Source of the DNA: a virus
IMG/VR virus record: IMGVR_UViG_3300044729_003129
Span: 96,001 to 160,000 of that record
DNA: 64,000 bases
Direction: 5' to 3' (one strand)
Below are positions 47,171 through 56,182 of this stretch, piece after piece. Positions within the stretch are counted from its first letter, which is position 1. Every line of letters starts with the position of its first letter. The notes under the pieces are model-generated. The model saw only the letters and a list, made by a program, of their open reading frames with translations. It was not told the origin of the DNA and searched no databases. A program made the translations under genes and the position numbers.

Positions 47171-47178
47171 TATTTATA
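47171..47178 (-). promoter_or_regulatory. Late promoter TATAAATA (fibre-FGE cassette)
   Basis: 6 nt from ATG 47164; overlaps the gp7 stop. Confidence 0.8.
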
Positions 47179-49657
47179 CTGTTATAGTTATTACCGCGCT
47201 TGTAACAAGTATTGGACCATTAACTGCGCCTTTTCGTATTGAAACCGTAAATGTTGGTGTTTGTGCATTTACAGTTAAGCTTGGTACAATTCTAAAAAAA
47301 CCAGAATTATTTTTAATTATAAAACTACCGCTTGAAGACACTACATCATTTCCAGTTATGGTATAATAGAGCATCGTTTCATCTGGCACAAATGCAGTGT
47401 TTACATAGAATCGTACAGACTGACCTTCAGCCGCAGTAAATTTATTTGGTGTGATTGTAGCAGACTGCGTATTCATCTGTCCTTCAGATATAAATGTGGA
47501 GTTCTCATTTTCTGTTAAAACTGTGTCAGAATCTTGAGAAACAAATGGATATCTATATATCAATGCCTCTTTGTCTTCAAGAGTACTATTCATATAGGCT
47601 TCCATAGTTATATCAAAAGATTCGACGACTGCTTCATCATATTCTGGGTCCGTGTCTTCATATGTTGGATCAAGTGGAATTAATTCACTATAAAACCATG
47701 GATAGTATGAAAGATCGGGTGCTTTAACTGTTATAAAACTTGATATATTACTAAACAGTCGATCAGCATTTGGTGTGTATGGCGCACTTGCCTGAGCAAT
47801 AGTCTTGTGTGAAAAGCCAGAGACTAGTTCGTTTGGATCAAAGAATTTTATCCAACGTTGATAGTCTTCATAGACTACCTTGTCTCTATAATTGGCATTA
47901 ATTGCAAATACGCGAAGGGCAAGTTGAACCATACGTACTAGAGACTCTGGCGCGTTGCGATCTAGCAGTCTTGTAAGTATAATTGTTAGCAGTCTTTCGT
48001 TTGCTGTTAACCAACCTGGTTGACTACGAGGGCTATGATAGCCGAGTACTGGAGGATGATATGCATTTAGCCATAAATAACTTTCCTGCGGTTTGCGAAC
48101 GACATAGTCAATGACATTGTACCATTCACTACGAGCAATAAATTCAAAGATTATAGCACTAAATAGTTTTAACCCAGAAGGGTGTACAAACCGCAAATAA
48201 TCATCACCCCACTCATCATATGGTAACTCACTTTTAATTTCATATGAATAATTTTGCCAATAATAACCGTCATGCAACTTATATAGATTAGAAGCAAATG
48301 ATTTGTTATCAGAATATGTCCATACATCTTCATCACTTGGAATTACACTCCATAGAATTGGATCCAGGTCTTCACAGCGATAAATTGTTGGGGTTGGTGC
48401 ATCTTCTAATGAATGTATAAGGTCACCAATTTTAGATGTATATTCTGGGCTTGCCGTTACGCTAAATGCATGAGCATACTCGACATTTGAAGTGTCAACT
48501 GCATATGTTGAGCCGCCCGCAGCTTCTGTGACAATACCATTGTCTTCAGGAGGCAGTCCTTTTTGAGTTAATATATAGTCTGCCGTGCCCTTTTCAGTCT
48601 CTAAACCAAAAACTGAAATGTCTATACTATCATCACCAAGAGTAATTATTTTTTCAGTAATTATTTCGTTGTTTGTAATAGACTCATCAACTAAAACTTT
48701 ACCAGACTCATCAAGTATTTCTTCGGTGTCTGTAGATGGAACTATAGGAGTTATAGTTAACCTACTATACTCTATATTTTGTATGTCTATTATACCATCA
48801 TCTTCGGCAGATTCAAATAAAACAGGGAGTCCATCCTCATAAAGATTGTATGCTCCACTCTCTAACAAACTTGTTGATGATATAAAATTAACATATTCAA
48901 TGTTACGCGCAAAGACGTCCCAAGTTGCTTCATCTGGCCAAGGCGTGTCATTTGTGCTGTATAACTCAAATTCATCCTTATAGCGATAGACCCAACGATA
49001 AACAGGATCTGCTCCTTCAGTGGCAACATTAACTTTTTGTATATATGGCAGATTAAATGACTTTTCTACTCCGCCATAAGTCCAAAGATCTTCTGAAAAA
49101 GCACTTAACGTAACAGTATACGGTCCGGGATTTGAACTTGGAAATGGTCCAATCCTATAGTCAGAAACTACTAATAGTGTATTTTTATTTGGGTTTGTGC
49201 GTGATGTACGTAATGATGGTATGTCAATTGGGGCCCAACGACCGCTGCCGCCTGACAAGTCAAATAGGTAATTTTTAGGGTAAAATATGCTTACAATTTC
49301 GTCAAAGAAAAGTTTGAAAAATGTGTGTATGCTGTCTTCCGAACCGCGTGTATGATAATATTGTATAATAACGCGATAGAGAGTGACTTTATCAAGCACA
49401 CGCGAATTTGGAATATTGCGTGCAATTAGGCTTTGTATTTGGGTTAGATATTTATCGGATACAATATCAATATCTTTTTCGCGAGTAATGGCAGCAATTT
49501 CATTTGACGGCAAACCAGTACGATTTAGGTGCTCATAATAGCGCTCAATAAAATTGATAAGATTGCTCGCAGACTCTTTTAAAGAATCTGGATACAAACT
49601 TTCGGTTTGTATCGATTCTATATTACGCGGGCGCGAATTTGCTATACTTAAAAGCAT
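47174..49657 (-). CDS. gp7: Baseplate wedge initiator (gp7-like) with inserts
   Basis: QYYHTRGSEDSI..FFKLFF, KLHDGYYWQNYSYEIKS and FVHPSGLKLF; directly downstream of gp6. Confidence 0.75.
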   Translation of the reverse strand: MLLSIANSRPRNIESIQTESLYPDSLKESASNLINFIERYYEHLNRTGLPSNEIAAITREKDIDIVSDKYLTQIQSLIARNIPNSRVLDKVTLYRVIIQYYHTRGSEDSIHTFFKLFFDEIVSIFYPKNYLFDLSGGSGRWAPIDIPSLRTSRTNPNKNTLLVVSDYRIGPFPSSNPGPYTVTLSAFSEDLWTYGGVEKSFNLPYIQKVNVATEGADPVYRWVYRYKDEFELYSTNDTPWPDEATWDVFARNIEYVNFISSTSLLESGAYNLYEDGLPVLFESAEDDGIIDIQNIEYSRLTITPIVPSTDTEEILDESGKVLVDESITNNEIITEKIITLGDDSIDISVFGLETEKGTADYILTQKGLPPEDNGIVTEAAGGSTYAVDTSNVEYAHAFSVTASPEYTSKIGDLIHSLEDAPTPTIYRCEDLDPILWSVIPSDEDVWTYSDNKSFASNLYKLHDGYYWQNYSYEIKSELPYDEWGDDYLRFVHPSGLKLFSAIIFEFIARSEWYNVIDYVVRKPQESYLWLNAYHPPVLGYHSPRSQPGWLTANERLLTIILTRLLDRNAPESLVRMVQLALRVFAINANYRDKVVYEDYQRWIKFFDPNELVSGFSHKTIAQASAPYTPNADRLFSNISSFITVKAPDLSYYPWFYSELIPLDPTYEDTDPEYDEAVVESFDITMEAYMNSTLEDKEALIYRYPFVSQDSDTVLTENENSTFISEGQMNTQSATITPNKFTAAEGQSVRFYVNTAFVPDETMLYYTITGNDVVSSSGSFIIKNNSGFFRIVPSLTVNAQTPTFTVSIRKGAVNGPILVTSAVITITV

Positions 49658-49659
49658 AC

Positions 49660-51528
49660 TTAACGGTCTCTACTAAATGTATTATATTGCACTGAACGAT
49701 TTGAACCACCAACGGCAATTAGGTCAACTTCGCCATAAACATTTAGGCGTGTTGTATCAATGCGCATAAGTTGATTGCGTTTAGGTGCAAGGTCATTTGA
49801 TAGTGGTATTACGTCTATTATCATTGTGGTGTTAGTGTCAGCGAGTAGCGGTTCTATTTCCATTACTCCAGTACTCAGTGTAAGCGTACCAACATTTTTA
49901 TTACGAATAATTGGTTTATCATTGGCATCATAATAATAGACATACAGCAAGCGTATGTCAGACAGTGTTGGATGTGCTTCCTCACCAATATAATATGTAA
50001 CTCCATCATAATCCCAACCAGTAGAATTTACAATGGCAATATTATCATCAACTGTTAATGATGTACCAAATTTTATTGTTATTTTTTCTGGTTGTCCACT
50101 AACTAGTGTAAAACTTTTAGAGATAAACACTCGTATAAGTGAATTTAATATTGCAGGACTTGTTCCATCAACAGTCTTTGATAAAAATGAATGACGAAAC
50201 ACACCATCAAAAGATTCCAAATATTGACTATTAAATGTGTCTATGCTTTCTTTAACCTTTGTTTCAAGTTGTGTTTTTGTGTGCGTAGTCAGGTTACGGT
50301 TATACTTAAAGAGTACATCAAGCACAATATCAACATATTCAGGATCAACTATTTCAGGAAATATTGAGAGTACTTTTTTATCACTTAAATATGTCAGCAA
50401 TCCTTGTTTTTCATTTGGCATTAAAACTGATGAAGAATCCGATTTTTTTGCAGATATAAAAACTTTACCATATTGTGGTGGATCATTATCTTCGCCTCCC
50501 CACACAGCTACGGATTTTACATTTGTTAAATAACTATGCACCAATGTTTTGTAGTCATCAGCAGTCACTGCACGATTTTGTGAAACATATTGAAGTGGCG
50601 CGTTATATTTTATACTACTAATAGACTCACGATCTGACCCGCCAACCGCACGTGCAACTGTATTTAAACTAACTCGAGTTAGTTGAGTTGAATCAAAAAA
50701 ATCAGAGTATGAAAAAATATTTGAAGAGTTTGCGCCAGTGCCATCAGTAACCAAATATGTTAACTCTAAAACGTTTAAGTTATCTGGTTTTTTGCCAAAT
50801 ATACCATCACCAAATGATATTACATAGTTGCCATTATAGTTTTCGTATAAGAAATAAATTGGGGTTGTATCATCAACACTATTAATATCTGTAAATAAAG
50901 AATATACTTCGTTAATTTCTGATCGTCCAGTCTGATATACCGCTACTTTTAACGTGCTTGTATCAATATTTTTATCGTCTATAATATATTCGTTATTACT
51001 TTGTGTAGAATTTATTTGAATTCTCTTTTTAATGAATGTACCTTGATATATGTCAATGTTATTTGCTACCAAGTCTCCACTAGAATTTTTTGTGCAGACA
51101 ATATCATTTAAATTTGTAAATTTATAGGTTTGACTTTTTGAAAGGTCTGTTATATTTGATGAAAAAGTTGAACCCACTGGAAAAACATATTCATTTAATA
51201 ATGTATTTCTTGGCGTTACAGTTACGTTTATTTGTGCCTTTGCAGAGGCATAACTGCGTGGGGTATATCCAATTAACTTTGCGGCAGACACCACGTTTTG
51301 TCGTAACTGCGCAGTATCAATAAAACTTTCATTGACTGCCATGTGCGCGAGTAATGCATTGTAATGTGTGTTATGCGAGAGCACATCAAGCAACATATTT
51401 AATCCAGACCCAGCATAATCCCAGTCTTTAAATGGACTGTCTCCAGCCTTGAAATATTCTATTAGATTAGCCTTGATTTGATCAAAATCTAATTCTGTAA
51501 CATTTACTGATTGTGTTGGAATTTCCAT
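49660..51528 (-). CDS. gp6: Baseplate wedge subunit
   Basis: ELDFDQIKANL, LLDVLSHNTHYNA, FGDGIFGK, QNRAVTADDY and VWGGEDNDPPQYGKVFIS. Confidence 0.97.
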   Translation of the reverse strand: MEIPTQSVNVTELDFDQIKANLIEYFKAGDSPFKDWDYAGSGLNMLLDVLSHNTHYNALLAHMAVNESFIDTAQLRQNVVSAAKLIGYTPRSYASAKAQINVTVTPRNTLLNEYVFPVGSTFSSNITDLSKSQTYKFTNLNDIVCTKNSSGDLVANNIDIYQGTFIKKRIQINSTQSNNEYIIDDKNIDTSTLKVAVYQTGRSEINEVYSLFTDINSVDDTTPIYFLYENYNGNYVISFGDGIFGKKPDNLNVLELTYLVTDGTGANSSNIFSYSDFFDSTQLTRVSLNTVARAVGGSDRESISSIKYNAPLQYVSQNRAVTADDYKTLVHSYLTNVKSVAVWGGEDNDPPQYGKVFISAKKSDSSSVLMPNEKQGLLTYLSDKKVLSIFPEIVDPEYVDIVLDVLFKYNRNLTTHTKTQLETKVKESIDTFNSQYLESFDGVFRHSFLSKTVDGTSPAILNSLIRVFISKSFTLVSGQPEKITIKFGTSLTVDDNIAIVNSTGWDYDGVTYYIGEEAHPTLSDIRLLYVYYYDANDKPIIRNKNVGTLTLSTGVMEIEPLLADTNTTMIIDVIPLSNDLAPKRNQLMRIDTTRLNVYGEVDLIAVGGSNRSVQYNTFSRDR

Positions 51529-51959
51529 TATCGTACTCGTGTTAAATATATTACAATTTCAGCAGTTGAATTGTATGATGCTTGAAAAGTTATGCCCACC
51601 CGATATGCATTTTGATCAGACTCGTCCACTACAGTCACTTCATAGTCGCTTATACGTGGTTCATAGAGGTCAATCATCTGTTCTATTTTTGCCTTTAGCT
51701 CATATTCTGTAAACATGTTTGCATTTTCAAACAGCAAAGCACGAATGTCCGAAGCGATTTCTGGTTGAAACAGCCGATCATATTGATTTGTTAACAACAA
51801 ATTTTTTAAACTTTGCCGTATTGAATCAATATCAAGAATTGGACGTATGTCATTATAAATCGGGTGTATAGCAAAACTGTTGTCTATATCGGAATATAAA
51901 TTTTTTCTAGCCACATTTGATGACTTAGAATCATTATAGTCCGATAGCGTTTTACTCAT
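51528..51959 (-). CDS. gp25: Baseplate wedge / sheath initiator
   Basis: YSDID..F..HP, SIRQSLKNLLLT...RLFQP and YEPRI; start moved to ATG 51959 because TATAAATA lies 5 nt upstream (51965-51972). Confidence 0.93.
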   Translation of the reverse strand: MSKTLSDYNDSKSSNVARKNLYSDIDNSFAIHPIYNDIRPILDIDSIRQSLKNLLLTNQYDRLFQPEIASDIRALLFENANMFTEYELKAKIEQMIDLYEPRISDYEVTVVDESDQNAYRVGITFQASYNSTAEIVIYLTRVR

Positions 51960-52004
51960 ATTTCTATTTATATAATTTATAATACGCGGTAAATTATACA
52001 AACC

Positions 52005-54416
52005 CTATGATCTAATCAACGAACTAAGAGACGAACTGGCAGATGATATAAGTGATGAAATTCCACTAGTAGAAGGACCTGAACTTAGAGTGGTCGCCTC
52101 AGCGGCAGATGCTTTCGCGTTTGCTGGATTGTTACGTATTGCATCTACGTTGTTTTCCATCTCAGACTTTATTTTGTTGACTCTGGCATTATACTCTGCA
52201 ATTGTTTCTTTTGACCAAAATGGATTTTTCTTAAGCATTTCTTTAGCAGAAAAATTAAATTCATTTTTAAGTGCAGTTATGGAGAATCCAGTTTCGCCCA
52301 TTGCAAAACTTGTAACTGAACTTAATCCAGCTGTAACTCCATCAATTGTATTTGCAATTGAACCAAGTCCAGCATTTAATGTATTTACTGAAAAACCTGA
52401 AGATTTTTTTGTGCCACTTGAAGTGGTTGTCGTAGAGGCAGTGTCTGGATAAACACTTGATAATATGCTTGTAGCATCGCCTAGTACACCATATACTGAT
52501 CCGAGCGTGCCACTAAATTCTCCAATGTCATTACCTGGATCTAATAGGCCTAATGCATTTCCAGTGGATGCTATACGATCATGATAATTATATGCAAGTT
52601 CGTGCACCGCAGTAAGCATTGAAACATATTCCTGTACTCCAACCACATTTCCAGCAGCATTCATGGTGTTTATCTTTTCAGAATCTTTGTTTAATGCATC
52701 TCTCAAACGAAATTGAAAAAGGTCATAGCGAGCTTTAGCTTCAACTGGTTGCCGTGAAGTTGCAGGGATAAATCCTACAACTGCTTCAGGCACCTTTGTA
52801 TTATCGGCCTTTATAAGTGACATATCAAGGTTACAAATATCAACAAGTCCATTTGCAACATCTTTTACAAATTGACCGACATCACCAGTCATGCCTGGAA
52901 AACTTTCTTGTATCGCAGCAATTTGCTCATTTGCTAATTTGCCTAATGCATCATATGCACCACTATTTTCAAGTACCATATTCAATGCAGCCCATGGGTT
53001 CTCTTTAACAAACTCAATAAGCGCCATTATCTTTTTCACCATCTCTATCAACTCCATTATTGAAGTTAATAGCTTTATAATGCCTAACCCTGGTATATAA
53101 CTTAAAACAAATGCTGCTATTTTAGCAGCTGCAAATATCATTAAACGTTGAGGTAAACTTTGCGCGCACTCTGCAAGCGTTTTTATTGTGCCCAAGCCCC
53201 TGATATCAGCTTTGTCAAGTATTGTTAATATTCCGGTCTCAACAAATTCTTTTTTCGTCATCGCATTTGATGATGACGCATAACTTGAATTACTTAAACT
53301 GCTACTACTGCTTATACCGCCTAAAGCTCCTTCATAAATATTTCCATTTCCAGTATCAGATGTTGCTTTATTAAATATATCAACTTTTCCTTGATATTCT
53401 GCTGCTGCGGCCTCTGCTTCTATATTTGTTAGGTTACGAATCGTATATGTAGTTGTAGCACCGCCAACATAATTAAAATCAGTACATTCATATTCAATTG
53501 TATAGACTCCTATTTCAATTGGCGCTGAAAGAGGTGCAACTAGTTTTTCTCCAAAATATTTTACTCTAACTGGTATGTTTATTGGGTTATTTGGATCAGG
53601 AGATTCTATTAATTTTGGAATTGTTTCAAATTCTGGTCCTTTAGGCTTTCCATCATACACTCGTTCATCTTCTAAAACCACTATTTCAAACGGGAGTGGT
53701 AATATAGTTAAATATTTACTGGGGTCTTTTAGCGATTCAACTTGTGATCTATAAGATTGGCCATACCAAGGTGGTATGTTTGTTGGAACTGGTTTATGAT
53801 ATTCCGTAGTAAACCACCCTTTGCACGTTGGATCGCCTTTTAGTGTAGTAACTATAGTATAGTCATAGCGACCTACATTTTTTGGTATACTTGATATGTA
53901 AGGTATTCCACTATCATGAGTTACCTGCATATCAACCTGAGAAAATGGTATTTGTATTAAATCTAAACCAAAGGCATTTTGATCAAATAGACCATTCGAT
54001 AAATTAAAAAATCCACTATTAGATCTTATTTTTACAGTACCAGTTCCATTTGTAGTAAAATCAACTAGTGTGTTATTTAATGATAATTTAAATTCGCCTA
54101 AATCATAAGTAATAAGTCCACCGTCATCCGAAGGGATTAACACTACATCATATAATACATTAACTGTAAGTCCAGTAGTATTGTTTATTGTTGCAAATGA
54201 AATTTTATCTCCACTTTCAAATCCATGCATAGGGAGAATCACATTATTATTTACTGCATTAAATACAACCTCTTGTGTTATTTGATATACTCCATTAACA
54301 AAAGTTTGTGCATTAAAATCTGTGCCATTATATGTCACAGTGACTCCACCTGGGTTGCTACCATTATCATCATCGACGCTAAGGTATAAAAAGCTTAAAT
54401 CTATTAGTGTTGACAT
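52005..54416 (-). CDS. Large hypothetical baseplate-associated protein (HGL domain, MBG-like domain, helical C-terminal half)
   Basis: Between gp5C and gp25; RVYDGKPK..VKY..APIEIGVYTI (MBG-like); hydrophobic helix IAAFVLSYIPGLGIIKLL. Confidence 0.55.
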   Translation of the reverse strand: MSTLIDLSFLYLSVDDDNGSNPGGVTVTYNGTDFNAQTFVNGVYQITQEVVFNAVNNNVILPMHGFESGDKISFATINNTTGLTVNVLYDVVLIPSDDGGLITYDLGEFKLSLNNTLVDFTTNGTGTVKIRSNSGFFNLSNGLFDQNAFGLDLIQIPFSQVDMQVTHDSGIPYISSIPKNVGRYDYTIVTTLKGDPTCKGWFTTEYHKPVPTNIPPWYGQSYRSQVESLKDPSKYLTILPLPFEIVVLEDERVYDGKPKGPEFETIPKLIESPDPNNPINIPVRVKYFGEKLVAPLSAPIEIGVYTIEYECTDFNYVGGATTTYTIRNLTNIEAEAAAAEYQGKVDIFNKATSDTGNGNIYEGALGGISSSSSLSNSSYASSSNAMTKKEFVETGILTILDKADIRGLGTIKTLAECAQSLPQRLMIFAAAKIAAFVLSYIPGLGIIKLLTSIMELIEMVKKIMALIEFVKENPWAALNMVLENSGAYDALGKLANEQIAAIQESFPGMTGDVGQFVKDVANGLVDICNLDMSLIKADNTKVPEAVVGFIPATSRQPVEAKARYDLFQFRLRDALNKDSEKINTMNAAGNVVGVQEYVSMLTAVHELAYNYHDRIASTGNALGLLDPGNDIGEFSGTLGSVYGVLGDATSILSSVYPDTASTTTTSSGTKKSSGFSVNTLNAGLGSIANTIDGVTAGLSSVTSFAMGETGFSITALKNEFNFSAKEMLKKNPFWSKETIAEYNARVNKIKSEMENNVDAIRNNPANAKASAAEATTLSSGPSTSGISSLISSASSSLSSLIRS

Positions 54417-54420
54417 ATTA

Positions 54421-55257
54421 TTATCCTATTCCTGGGGCAGTTGGGGCAGGTGCATTGCCAGTACCATCTCCTAAATGCATGTGAGTAGCTAAACCAGTAA
54501 TTCCTCCTAAAGCACGAACATCACCAGCAGCAATTAGTGCTCCGCCAAGTACATTTACAAGTGGTGTTGTCATATTTGTTACAGTTGAATACATCATAGT
54601 TGGTCCAAGTGATGTTAGAGTTAACATTGATACACCATCAATTGCTGCAGTCATGCCACCAATTGTAGCTGCACCAGCTGGAGCGGTCATGCTTGCTCCA
54701 AGCAATGCTGTTGTACTACTTGAACCGGTGTATATTCCAGTATATCCTCCAGCTACAGTCTCTTCAATACTGCCAACTACCATGTTTTTTATACCACCAC
54801 CTCGTACTGTATTGTTTACTCCGTTGCCAACTATGCTGTCCTTTTTACCAGCAATATTTTCTGCCTTGTCGCCAAGCACTTCATTTTTGTATGCTCCACC
54901 AACCTTTAAACGATACTGACCCTTAACAGTTTGATTCATACTACCATTGACTTCAAGGTTGTAGTCGCCATTTACAGTTAAGTTTGCAGAACCATTTACT
55001 GTGATGTTTGCATTGCCTATAATTGTTATAGAATCTTCGCCACATACAGTTGTATAGCGATTTGATACAACAGTTACTGAAAGCGCACCAGTCGCATCAA
55101 TTGTGCGGCATGTCCCAGACTTATGTTTTTCATGTATACGCTCATTGCCAAGTGTGTCATCAACCTCAAAGACATGTCCAGACCGTGTCTGCGTCACGTT
55201 GTTATACGGATAGACTGACTGATTTGTAGGAAATGGTTGATTATGTAAACTTGGCAT
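54421..55257 (-). CDS. gp5: Central spike, C-terminal beta-helix part of gp5 as a separate gene
   Basis: YPYNNVTQTRSGHVFEVDDT.GNERIHEKHKSGT, VxG octapeptide repeats and terminal THMH. Confidence 0.9.
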   Translation of the reverse strand: MPSLHNQPFPTNQSVYPYNNVTQTRSGHVFEVDDTLGNERIHEKHKSGTCRTIDATGALSVTVVSNRYTTVCGEDSITIIGNANITVNGSANLTVNGDYNLEVNGSMNQTVKGQYRLKVGGAYKNEVLGDKAENIAGKKDSIVGNGVNNTVRGGGIKNMVVGSIEETVAGGYTGIYTGSSSTTALLGASMTAPAGAATIGGMTAAIDGVSMLTLTSLGPTMMYSTVTNMTTPLVNVLGGALIAAGDVRALGGITGLATHMHLGDGTGNAPAPTAPGIG

Positions 55258-55331
55258 AACTTATATATTAAAAAAATGATGAAGCATACTGCATTTGAAT
55301 ATTTATGAATTATAATATAATGAAATATAAA

Positions 55332-56144
55332 TTATCCCCAGTTTGTGTTATAGCTTCGGGTGTCTATATGTGTAAAGCCTGGATAACTGCCAAGGCCGCC
55401 AGTCCACTTACCATTATCTCGCCATTGTTTTAATCGTGCGTACACAGTGCTTGCGCTAACCCCAGGAAACGAAATATCTAAAGCTTTAAACTCCAAATGC
55501 AAACTATATTTTGCAGCGCCTGGAGTACTTGCATTATATGCTGGCGAACGATAAGAGCTGGTAATAGTGCAAGTTGTGCCAAACGAATCACAAAGATCTT
55601 CGACAATTCGCAGTGTCGGCACAATATTATTCCATTTTTCTTTAGGCGGTTCAGAATTACGGACGCCTCCTTGACTAATCTTATTAAAGTAACTAGTAAA
55701 ATTTTGCGCAGTAAAACGACGAAAACCTTGTTTGGCAAACCAATCGGCAAATGATCCTTCTGGAGCTGTTGTTGGCGTAACATTGTCACTTTTTGCTCCA
55801 CGCGCTCGCAATACATATGTCACTGGTCCAGACGTCTCTTTTTTAACAAATTTCTTTAGCGATGAGTTGCCTTCAGCAATTTTGTATTTTCCTGATACTG
55901 CTCCTCCTTCATACACTACCGCAATATAGTCTTGAGCAGTGTCTCTAATTATTATATCACCTTTATATAGAAGCTTAGGGTTTAAGACTCTGTCAAAATA
56001 TTTTCCGCCCCTTCCACTTGGCCAATTTGACCAACTATATAAACTGCTGGTGTCGGCTGGAAAATCTTCACTTTCAATTTTAAAACTAGATTTCAAAAAC
56101 TCATTTAGTTTTTGTGCACACCACTGATTTGAAACATTTGCCAT
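55332..56144 (-). CDS. Peptidoglycan hydrolase: degenerate CHAP-like domain plus peptidase M15 (Zn)
   Basis: ITSSYRSPAYN..SLH...ALD...FTHIDTR (M15 His/Asp/His ligands); N-terminal WCA..KGDIII..EGN. Confidence 0.85.
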   Translation of the reverse strand: MANVSNQWCAQKLNEFLKSSFKIESEDFPADTSSLYSWSNWPSGRGGKYFDRVLNPKLLYKGDIIIRDTAQDYIAVVYEGGAVSGKYKIAEGNSSLKKFVKKETSGPVTYVLRARGAKSDNVTPTTAPEGSFADWFAKQGFRRFTAQNFTSYFNKISQGGVRNSEPPKEKWNNIVPTLRIVEDLCDSFGTTCTITSSYRSPAYNASTPGAAKYSLHLEFKALDISFPGVSASTVYARLKQWRDNGKWTGGLGSYPGFTHIDTRSYNTNWG

Positions 56145-56182
56145 AGTTTATTATTTAATTTTCATTTAAACTATTTATTAGT

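Noticed and set aside
55258-56182. Intron, intein or readthrough joining the gp5 pieces
   Set aside because: The gaps are 74 and 38 nt, AT-rich and frame-breaking, with no group I core or intein motifs; promoter-like boxes argue for separate genes.
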